A DNA stretch of 64,000 bases. It comes from an uncultured virus (IMG/VR IMGVR_UViG_3300042556_002263). Lineage: Duplodnaviria; Heunggongvirae; Uroviricota; Caudoviricetes. The translations under genes were made by a program, and so were the position numbers. The notes beneath the pieces were generated by a model. It was not told the origin of the DNA. It worked only from the letters and a program-made list of their open reading frames with translations, and made no database searches. The stretch lies in the IMG/VR virus record IMGVR_UViG_3300042556_002263, one strand, 5' to 3'. Shown one piece after another: positions 1-8,120 of the stretch; position 1 is the first letter of the stretch, and each line of letters opens with the position of its first letter.

Positions 1-54
1 AGCGTAGTGGCGAATTTTTCTGTAGTTCACCCCCGTCATGCGGGCCACGCTTTC

Positions 55-1452
55 TTAGATACTAGGGTCGATATTTTTGAACTCTTCCTCGAGCAGTTCA
101 AACTCGATTAGAGAAGACTTGATGTCTTCAGGAAGTTCTGCAGACTTTTCGCCGCCAACCCAATTGTCTGGAATCATTGCTTCCTGACCAAGTGCCTTGG
201 CGCGCTTCATGATGTGCTTCTTTGCCGCTTCCTTGTCGCTTGCTCTACCAAATGCAGAAATAGCATTCTTTAAGTCAGAGGCGTTGGCAATTGGGAAAGA
301 ACCATCGGGTAGAGCAGAACCTTCTTTGGCCATCTGGTTGCGGGCATCTTCGCTGAACGCTCTCTTGAGTGCAATTTCTGCAGCCTCTGCCTCAATTGAC
401 TCTGCTTCCTCTGGTTCATACTTGTCGTAGCCAAGAACTTCGCCATCAAGGGACACAAAAACGTCATATGACTTACCGTCAAGACCCTCAATCTCTACTG
501 CGTATGCGTCAAATCCCTCAAAAATGTCTGGCTCTACAGCAACAACATCTCCCTGAATTGACTTAACAGCAATTTCGGCAGCCTCTTGAAGGTCGATAAC
601 CAGAATTGAGTCAAGCGCAGACTTTTGCTCAAATGCACTGTCGTCAAGTTTGTGGAAACCAAGAACTTCTGCTGTTGTTCCATCGACAAAGACCTCTACC
701 GAGCGACCATCTTTTGTCTGGACATCAACAACGAACATGTCAGCATCTGATGAATATCCAGAGTCAAGAACTGTTCCGTTGAACATCTTCTCTGCTATTC
801 CCTCAACAGAGAGCAGACCTGGCATGCCTCTTTCTGCTACACAACCGCCTGGGCAGTCGTCGCAAACGGAAGTTCCACCTGGATAAACCTTGCGCTCAAT
901 GGCGCACATGTAGGCATTTCTTCCAAGTTCTGCAGACTTTGCGCCCATTGCTGAAAGTCTTCTCTTGCGGGCAGCCTCGAGGTCGGTGTCGCCACCGTAC
1001 ATCTTCATCTCGGTGTCGTCCTCCTCCTCTTCATCCTCCTCCATGTCCTCTTCGTCTTCCATGTCGTCGTCTTCTGCCATGGCTGGGTCAGCCTTGCGAC
1101 CACGCATCATTGCCTGACGGCGACCAGATGAGCCGGAGTTTGAATCCATCATCTTCTCTTCGTCCTCTTCGCCCTCATCCTCTTCGTCCATGACTTCTTC
1201 TTCGTCGTCCATAGTTGGAGATGCGACTGCCATTTTCTTTTTTTTCTTCATTGGCATTTCATCGTCCATCATCCAGTCGCCGCCCTTTTCGTCAATGTCG
1301 ACTGGAACCATCTTCATCTCGATGGGCATAGCGCCGCATTTTCCACAAACCTTTGCACCGGCAACATAACCGCACTCACCAGAATTAGCGCCCTTGGCGC
1401 ATTTCAGGACATTGCCGTCCGCGTCAACGCTGACTTCAACTTTTTCTGCCAT
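55..1452 (-). CDS. Head-associated multidomain protein: two Cys4-type clusters, acidic/Met-rich linker, two PepSY-like repeats, C-terminal 'LPDGSFPI...AI...GR' phage head domain
   Basis: 465-aa ORF with RBS CAGGAG. Cys motifs CAKGANSGECGYVAGAKVCGKC and CAIERKVYPGGTSVCDDCPGGC. PepSY-like IDLQEAAEIAVKSIQGDVVAVE...YAVEIEGLDGKSYDVFVSLDGEVLG. Lies downstream of the prohead protease gene. Confidence 0.6.
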   Translation of the reverse strand: MAEKVEVSVDADGNVLKCAKGANSGECGYVAGAKVCGKCGAMPIEMKMVPVDIDEKGGDWMMDDEMPMKKKKKMAVASPTMDDEEEVMDEEDEGEEDEEKMMDSNSGSSGRRQAMMRGRKADPAMAEDDDMEDEEDMEEDEEEEDDTEMKMYGGDTDLEAARKRRLSAMGAKSAELGRNAYMCAIERKVYPGGTSVCDDCPGGCVAERGMPGLLSVEGIAEKMFNGTVLDSGYSSDADMFVVDVQTKDGRSVEVFVDGTTAEVLGFHKLDDSAFEQKSALDSILVIDLQEAAEIAVKSIQGDVVAVEPDIFEGFDAYAVEIEGLDGKSYDVFVSLDGEVLGYDKYEPEEAESIEAEAAEIALKRAFSEDARNQMAKEGSALPDGSFPIANASDLKNAISAFGRASDKEAAKKHIMKRAKALGQEAMIPDNWVGGEKSAELPEDIKSSLIEFELLEEEFKNIDPSI

Positions 1453-1514
1453 TGTTTACTCCTGTTGTTGTAAGTACGGACAACCTGTCAATACCAAAAT
1501 TAATTAGTCTCTAA

Positions 1515-1546
1515 AGTATAACTTAGCACGGTCTTTGCGTCGGCAA
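1515..1546 (-). promoter_or_regulatory. Putative promoter (TTGCCG ... TATACT) upstream of the 465-aa head gene
   Basis: Minus-strand TATACT at 1520-1515 and TTGC starting at 1546, in the intergenic gap. Confidence 0.45.
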
Positions 1547-1555
1547 TGCTTACTA

Positions 1556-4500
1556 TTATGCCTCTGGGACTATATTTATCTTTTTCTTCTGACCACGAGA
1601 GTTTGTCGCTTCTCTTGTAGTGGAATTTATTTCTTTTGTCGTCTTGTCAATAAATGTAGACTTTGCTGCTTTAGCAATCATCTCTATCAGTCTTGAATAC
1701 CACTCAACTCTCTTTTCCCCTCCATCTTCAAGTTGAGTGTCAAGGGCAAACATAAGTCCGTCAAGAATTTCGTCTGCCTCGTCCACGGTGAAATAGACGC
1801 TTCCGACATTGGTTCTTCTGCTTCCAGTCTTTGATGCTTCATCACGGCGGATTATTTCTGCAAGTTTGCTCAAGCCCTTTACTGCACGCTTATCGCCAGC
1901 CTTGGTTGCTCTTCTGATTTCTTTGTCAAGAGATTTTTCTACATCTCTAAAGAATGTCGCCTCGTCGGTAATCATTGTTTTTCCGCCGGACGATGTGGAT
2001 GCAAATCCTCTTGTTCCTGGATTTCCAGAACCTTGAAGTTTCTTAATATCCTTTTTAATATCTTTTGCAACTGTGCGCATCGCATTGGCCATCGATTCTG
2101 CCTCTTTGCGCCGTTTTTCTTGACCCTTGGCCCATCCGGATGTGTATTCAATTTCTCTTCCAGGAATTGAGCCAACAGAAGCAAACCCTGAACCCTTGCT
2201 CTTGGACGCCCCAGGAATCCACTCGTCATTTGCATAGCCAGCACGCGCTTTTGCTAATTGCTTTCTCATTGCCTTAGCGGAAGACATATTCACTCTTTCG
2301 GCCTTCGAGAGTTCGCCTTCCCCAAATTCGCCAATGTACTCGTCTAGCGCCTCTATTGCCCTATCAAGGCTCTGGAGGCTGAAGTCGTACCCGCCAACCT
2401 GTATTGCGTCGGAAACTTTATCCCATACATCTCTGTGGTCGTCAACCTCGGATTCGTCTGAATCAAACTTTGAGCGATATTTTTCTATTGCTTCAAGGAA
2501 TCCATCAAGTCTTGACTCTCTTTCGGTTTGTGCCTCTTGAGCATTTTTGCTCTTCTTAACCTTGACTGGAACTATTTCATCATCATCTTCTTGCGGTGCT
2601 GATGGCTTTTTTGCAGGCTTCTGTTTTTCTAGACTCGTCTCTGGCATGTAGCCCATGCTGTCTAGTTCTCTCTGGTCCGCTGACCTGCGTCTTAATTCGG
2701 CGCGTCTTTCGGCTGGAGTCATGGCGTCAAGGTCATCTTTATCCATTTCTTCCATTAGGTCATTTAGAAGTTTCCTGTAGGCAACCTGTGACATTCTTTC
2801 TTCTACATTTTCAATGTTTTCTGGGTTTCCATATGTCATCGCCCATTGCCATTTTTCGTCAAGAGTAAGTTCATCCCAATTGTCTGGTTTCATTTCTTCA
2901 AAAGTTTTTCCAGCAAACTTTGTTTCAAATCCGGGCTTTTTTCTTGTTTGGCCCGTTTCGCGACTTCTCCCTGGGGCAATGTTTCCACCTGGAACAAATT
3001 CACCCATTCCCCTTGCTCCACGGGCGGTACGGCCCGCCGCTTCGTCGTCTCCAGGCCCGTCAATGCTTGAAGATGCAAATCCTCTAGTGCGACCAGCGGA
3101 AGCAAACGGGCGTGCTTTTGCACCAGATGCATCGCTTCGTGAAGTGTCTGATGGTTTTTCTACAAACTTCCCAGTTCCCCAGTGGTCAACAATCCAGTCC
3201 CTTCTAGCGATAAGAATCTGAGCAAGTCTGTCGCCATCTTGTTGGTCTGAGATTGTTTGTGCAACAAGTTTTCTAATATCTTCGTCTGTAACTTTTCCAA
3301 GTTCTTTTACTTGCCTTGCGATTTCTTCTGGTTCTATATCGCTGTAGTACGCCCTGGAAACACCAGCCTGAACTGATTGTCCGCTCCTTGTTTTACCGTG
3401 TATTAAGTTATAAACCTCTTCGACTCGCGGACCAAACGAATCAGTGCCGCCCTGACCCTTCATCCCGCTATACCTTTGGGCGCGGAACAAAAGACCACCA
3501 CCAGAGTCGGCCATGACTGCCTCGCCGTCACGTTCAACAATATTTGACATATTGCCGGTTCCGTCCCAGTTTGCTAACCATGCATTTGCGATAAGCGTTC
3601 CTTGCATTGATTTTCTAAATTGTGGGTCTTGCGACATTCTTCTGTGGTCAACACTGCTGTCGATACTTGGGTCCCATTCGCTTACTCTCTGAAGTTTTCC
3701 ATTATGAACGCCACGCTCATATTTGATTGTTCCTATTCCAAGAAGTTGGTACAACTTGCTTGTAAGTATTTCTGATTCACCACGGAACTCTTCTCCAGCA
3801 CGAGTGTGCTTAACGTAGTACTTTTTGCCAGTCTTTGGGTCTTGCATGACGCTTGCTTCATTCAGACCACCTGCACCACCAACTTTTTTCCATCCGCTGG
3901 TTGTGTGAACATATGGAAGAGGTCCTCCGCCAGTGTCTCTCATGCCGCCACCAGTTGGCTGACTGATGTTTGGACCACCACTCCGTGAACCAAAACCACG
4001 ACCACGCGCACTTCCCGGCCCCATGTTTCCATACATGGTTCGAAGTGCTTTCCATTGAGAAGCCTTCAGTTGACCATTGTTTTTGTCAAAGTCTTCAACT
4101 ATTGACTGTGCAACTCTTAGACCCCTCTGTCTTCTTGCCCAGAATATGAATTCTTTTTGCATTGACTCAGTTATGTCGCTAGGTGCACCATTGTTGATTT
4201 TGTTGGTTGACGCAAATCCCTTTTTGGGTTTAGGTGGGTCAATAAAATCGTTGATGTCATACTTTCCATCTGCTGATTCAGCAGCCTGGTGAAGAACTCC
4301 GGATATATCTGAAGTAAGGAGGCCGTTTTCCCACGCTTCTTCCGTTAGTTTGACTATTGAATCAAATTGCTCTGGCGTTACTTCGAATTTTCCACCCTTT
4401 GCTCCTCTGAGAATTTCTTTCAAAGCCTCCGCAGCCGGGCGGTCCTTTGTGCGGTCAGCAATAAAATCTGCTTCTTCAAGCAAAAGTGCTATTCCATCTT

Positions 4501-7500
4501 CATCAAGCGTTATGCTTAATTTCTTTGCGGGCGTCAAAGTTCCTTCTGATGTAAGTTTTCTATCTCTAGTTCTAGAACGAGTGCTTCTTCCCGCAACGGA
4601 AAGTCTTGTTCCGGCTTCTTTTAGTTTTCCTGATTCCGAATAGCCAGTCTTTTGCGCTTCCTTGAGAGCATCAATAAGTGAATCAATGTTGTCTTTATCT
4701 TCTTTTGAAACATCGTCAAGACCAACTCCGCCATCGCGCATAGATTCAAGTATTCCCAGATAGTCACCCAACTCGTCATCTTCAAGCGGAATCATGTCAT
4801 TTGCCGCAATGCTGGCGTCTATTTTTTCAGTTAATTCTTTGAGTTTTTCAATTTCATCTTCTGCGCCAAAGTCGCCTTCTTCGAGTTTTTTAATAACATT
4901 ATTGATTGAATCTTGAAGTTCTCCATACTCCTCAAGCGTCATGTCTACTTGTTTGAAGTCATCTTCTAGTTTTTCTTTTCCACCAGAAGATGCAAACCCT
5001 CTACGGACTGCTCTGTTTTGGGAGTCTCTGTCAAGCCTGTCTGCTACTTCGTCGCCTACAGGGTCTGCTTGCATTCCTCTGCCTGGCGTTCTTTCGCGAG
5101 GACCAAACGCTTCGTCATAGTCTGGGTCGCCAGCGTCGTCAGTACGACTAGAAGATGCGAATCCACGCAGTCTTTCTTTTTCTGACCTTCCACGGTCAGG
5201 TCTGTACTTAGAGTCTTTTTGTACCCTGCGTAGTTCATTTATGAGGTCGCCACCAGTAATGTCCTCATCGCCCCATGAATCTGCTATTTCTTCAAGTTGA
5301 GTGTTCTTTTCCCCGCCCTTTTTTAGGGCTTTGCGCAGTTTATTAGTCAATTCTTCCGGCTGCATGGATGGGTCAAGTTCTTGAATATGTTCTAGAACCA
5401 TCTCTAATTCATATTGCAAATCTTGAGTATCGAATTCACCATTTCTGATTCTTTCTTTCATCGCGGAAGTTATAACGCTTTTACCCAATGAATCAAGCCA
5501 GTCTGCAAAATCTTCAGAGCCTCCAGCCTCGCCCTGTAGACCTCTTTCGACAATGTCAATAAGGTCTTCAAGAGCAAATTTTGCTTGTTCTTTTGCATCT
5601 TCTGGGCGAAGTTCTATTTCTCCCCTGCCCCACCATGGGTCAGAGTATTGTTCTTTTCTTCTAGTAGCCCAAAAATCTTTTGCTCTTTTAGCAATATTTT
5701 CAGCCATATCCCTGAAATCGCTTTCAAGGTCTGATGAAAGTTCTTCAAATTCTTTTAATTCTGATTTTGAACCAGTTTTTTCAATTTCAGAAAATCTGTC
5801 AGTAAGCGCTTCCTCTATTGCGTCTTCAACCGAACCAAGAAAATCATCAATTTGCTCTCTACTCTCAAACTGTTCAATAAAATCTTCGTCAGATAGTTTT
5901 TCAACAAGATTTTTTCTTACTTCAGATAACGCTTTTCCAGGACTTTCTTTGATTTTTTCTTTTGAAAGAGGAGCAAAAATTTCATTTAAAGAAGACAAAA
6001 CCTTGTCGTATTCATCTTGATGAAATGAGTAAATGTTGCCATCTCTGTTTGTTATCTTTGAAGCATTGCCCTTGCCAACTATTGTTCTTGCTGCCTGGTC
6101 AATAACGTCGTCTACTTTTTCTGCTCTTCCCGAAACAAGTTCCGGTTTACCGGAAGACGATGCAAAGCCTTTAGGTTTTCTATTTTTTAAATTTTCATCA
6201 GAGAATGGTTTTTTCCTGGAAAGTTGTTGACCGGTTCTGGCTTTTTCGTAATCTTCGATTATGTCCCTTACGCTGTCTTCGGGAATATCTAATCTATTCG
6301 CAAGTTTGGTTATATCTTCGTCACTACCGATATTGTTTAAAATTCTTATGTAATTTGCATCGGCTTCATCAATTAGGTCACGACCCCACTTGTCTCCAAG
6401 TATGTTCGTTATTTGTTCGTGTGTTCTTTCCGGCTTATTGCTAGTTGACGCAAAGCCAGCACCTCCCTGATAAGCCTCAACCGCTCTTCTGGCATTAACT
6501 TTTCCGCCAGTTGCTCTATCGTTTACACCGGGAATAGCAGGTCTTTGAAACGGTGTTCCTTCTTGTACTAGGCCGTCTCCGTCTCCGTCCCAGGCATTTG
6601 GGTCGAAGCGCGCAAAAGCAGCCCTACCGGCTGCTGGACCTTTTCCCAGGCCGCCACGGAGATTACGCCCAAGACCTTTCTGCGCATTATCTATTGCCTC
6701 TACTAAGTCCTTTGTCACCCCTGACGTAATTAATATTCCGTCTTCCGTAACAATGGACTCAACTCTGTGATAATCAAAAATTGGGTCAAGGATTGATTTT
6801 GTGTGAAAAGCACTTTCTAATTCAACCGGAATTAGGTAGCCCTTAGTTTCAAGGTCTTCTTTTTCTGCAGAAGCAATTACGTCTTGAAGATTTTCGAGAA
6901 TAGACTTAAGTTTTGAAAGATTTCTTTTGTTGATTGTTCTTCCAACTTTTTCATCCAACTCTTGCATCAACGCATCTTCAAGTTCTTCTAGTTGCCCAGA
7001 TAGGTCAGACTTTGGCATTACAACCATTCCATTTGGGTCATATCCAGGTTTTACCTGCATTGGCATCATTGGCATCTGCGAAGGAACAACAACTCTTGAA
7101 CCAGATGGTTTTCCACCAAACTGTGATGGCTTATTTTGGCCGTTTACAAGTTCTGGCTTGCCAAACATGAATGTTGAGTAATTGTCTGGCGTGTGATATC
7201 CGATTCTGAATGTCATTGGGGTGCCATTTGGCATCATTCTTTGGAATACTGCTGTATTTTCCGTTGCCTCAACTAGTCTTACTTGAGAACCAGTTCTTTC
7301 CATTATTTCTTTTTCTAGACGCTGTCTTTGGCTTCCATCAATCGGCTGCGCAAGGCCCTCGGAGAAAATTGGCTTTTCTGATTCATACTTGTCATCGTCA
7401 TCTTCGTCTTCTTCTCTGATGACTATTACATTGGGTTTCATCGGCATTTGACCCATCATGTGATGGGGGTTCATCATTCCCCATCCCTTCTCCTCTTCTG

Positions 7501-8026
7501 CTAAAGCCAACTCATCCGACTTAACGGATATTGTCCCAGTCAGTTGATTTGCGCCATGTAGAACTGGAGAAACTTCGTATAGTTCGACTTCTTTTAAAAC
7601 ATTCGCCTGAATGTTTGGGTCAAAAATTGCATCAAGCGTTTTATATCCGATTGACCATTCCTGTTCTTGACCGAAGAAAGCGACATTCGCAAATGCCTCA
7701 CGACCCTTTTCCGAATTCAAGTTGAACTGAACTTTTGCGTAAAGACCGCCTATCCCTGCATTAATCATTTTTTGCGGAAGTCTTCTATCGCCAGGCGGAA
7801 CTTCGTAAATCTCTAGAACTTTGCCAATTGGGTCATTCCAGTTGTGACCCCAGACAACTCTTGGCTTTCTTCTTGTAAGGCTCTTGGAAAAAGCGCCAGC
7901 AATCAAAACATCGCCAACCGAGTCCTTGTTTCCTATTCCGGCAACAAAACACTCAACAATTCCCTGCGCCTCATCTACATTGAACTGTCCTGGCATAGCC
8001 TTGAATTCGATACTGCTATTAGACAT
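1556..8026 (-). CDS. HK97-family (peptidase S78) prohead protease fused to a ~1980-aa modular polyprotein that includes a PI3K/HipA-like kinase domain
   Basis: N-terminal ~170 aa carry prohead-protease motifs (GNKDSVGDV..GAF, VVWGHNW..PIG, GGLYAKVQFNL, EWSIGY, LYEVSPVLHGAN). Follows the portal gene, RBS AGGAGA. Internal YYVK...AWLANWD...N...DSGG kinase-like motif. Confidence 0.85.
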   Translation of the reverse strand: MSNSSIEFKAMPGQFNVDEAQGIVECFVAGIGNKDSVGDVLIAGAFSKSLTRRKPRVVWGHNWNDPIGKVLEIYEVPPGDRRLPQKMINAGIGGLYAKVQFNLNSEKGREAFANVAFFGQEQEWSIGYKTLDAIFDPNIQANVLKEVELYEVSPVLHGANQLTGTISVKSDELALAEEEKGWGMMNPHHMMGQMPMKPNVIVIREEDEDDDDKYESEKPIFSEGLAQPIDGSQRQRLEKEIMERTGSQVRLVEATENTAVFQRMMPNGTPMTFRIGYHTPDNYSTFMFGKPELVNGQNKPSQFGGKPSGSRVVVPSQMPMMPMQVKPGYDPNGMVVMPKSDLSGQLEELEDALMQELDEKVGRTINKRNLSKLKSILENLQDVIASAEKEDLETKGYLIPVELESAFHTKSILDPIFDYHRVESIVTEDGILITSGVTKDLVEAIDNAQKGLGRNLRGGLGKGPAAGRAAFARFDPNAWDGDGDGLVQEGTPFQRPAIPGVNDRATGGKVNARRAVEAYQGGAGFASTSNKPERTHEQITNILGDKWGRDLIDEADANYIRILNNIGSDEDITKLANRLDIPEDSVRDIIEDYEKARTGQQLSRKKPFSDENLKNRKPKGFASSSGKPELVSGRAEKVDDVIDQAARTIVGKGNASKITNRDGNIYSFHQDEYDKVLSSLNEIFAPLSKEKIKESPGKALSEVRKNLVEKLSDEDFIEQFESREQIDDFLGSVEDAIEEALTDRFSEIEKTGSKSELKEFEELSSDLESDFRDMAENIAKRAKDFWATRRKEQYSDPWWGRGEIELRPEDAKEQAKFALEDLIDIVERGLQGEAGGSEDFADWLDSLGKSVITSAMKERIRNGEFDTQDLQYELEMVLEHIQELDPSMQPEELTNKLRKALKKGGEKNTQLEEIADSWGDEDITGGDLINELRRVQKDSKYRPDRGRSEKERLRGFASSSRTDDAGDPDYDEAFGPRERTPGRGMQADPVGDEVADRLDRDSQNRAVRRGFASSGGKEKLEDDFKQVDMTLEEYGELQDSINNVIKKLEEGDFGAEDEIEKLKELTEKIDASIAANDMIPLEDDELGDYLGILESMRDGGVGLDDVSKEDKDNIDSLIDALKEAQKTGYSESGKLKEAGTRLSVAGRSTRSRTRDRKLTSEGTLTPAKKLSITLDEDGIALLLEEADFIADRTKDRPAAEALKEILRGAKGGKFEVTPEQFDSIVKLTEEAWENGLLTSDISGVLHQAAESADGKYDINDFIDPPKPKKGFASTNKINNGAPSDITESMQKEFIFWARRQRGLRVAQSIVEDFDKNNGQLKASQWKALRTMYGNMGPGSARGRGFGSRSGGPNISQPTGGGMRDTGGGPLPYVHTTSGWKKVGGAGGLNEASVMQDPKTGKKYYVKHTRAGEEFRGESEILTSKLYQLLGIGTIKYERGVHNGKLQRVSEWDPSIDSSVDHRRMSQDPQFRKSMQGTLIANAWLANWDGTGNMSNIVERDGEAVMADSGGGLLFRAQRYSGMKGQGGTDSFGPRVEEVYNLIHGKTRSGQSVQAGVSRAYYSDIEPEEIARQVKELGKVTDEDIRKLVAQTISDQQDGDRLAQILIARRDWIVDHWGTGKFVEKPSDTSRSDASGAKARPFASAGRTRGFASSSIDGPGDDEAAGRTARGARGMGEFVPGGNIAPGRSRETGQTRKKPGFETKFAGKTFEEMKPDNWDELTLDEKWQWAMTYGNPENIENVEERMSQVAYRKLLNDLMEEMDKDDLDAMTPAERRAELRRRSADQRELDSMGYMPETSLEKQKPAKKPSAPQEDDDEIVPVKVKKSKNAQEAQTERESRLDGFLEAIEKYRSKFDSDESEVDDHRDVWDKVSDAIQVGGYDFSLQSLDRAIEALDEYIGEFGEGELSKAERVNMSSAKAMRKQLAKARAGYANDEWIPGASKSKGSGFASVGSIPGREIEYTSGWAKGQEKRRKEAESMANAMRTVAKDIKKDIKKLQGSGNPGTRGFASTSSGGKTMITDEATFFRDVEKSLDKEIRRATKAGDKRAVKGLSKLAEIIRRDEASKTGSRRTNVGSVYFTVDEADEILDGLMFALDTQLEDGGEKRVEWYSRLIEMIAKAAKSTFIDKTTKEINSTTREATNSRGQKKKINIVPEA

Positions 8027-8053
8027 TGTCTCTCCTACGCACTAGATAAAAGA

Positions 8054-8085
8054 ATGATAAACCACAATGACGCAACTGATTGCAA
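8054..8085 (-). promoter_or_regulatory. Putative promoter (TTGCAA ... TATCAT) upstream of the protease polyprotein
   Basis: Minus-strand TATCAT at 8059-8054 and TTGC starting at 8085; same 26-nt offset as the promoter at 1515-1546. Confidence 0.4.
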
Positions 8086-8120
8086 GTATTGATTTGGTTT
8101 ATTTATTTAGAATAAATAAA

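Noticed and set aside
1..39. Start of a further minus-strand gene (ATG at 39)
   Set aside because: Only 13 codons are visible, too few to support a call
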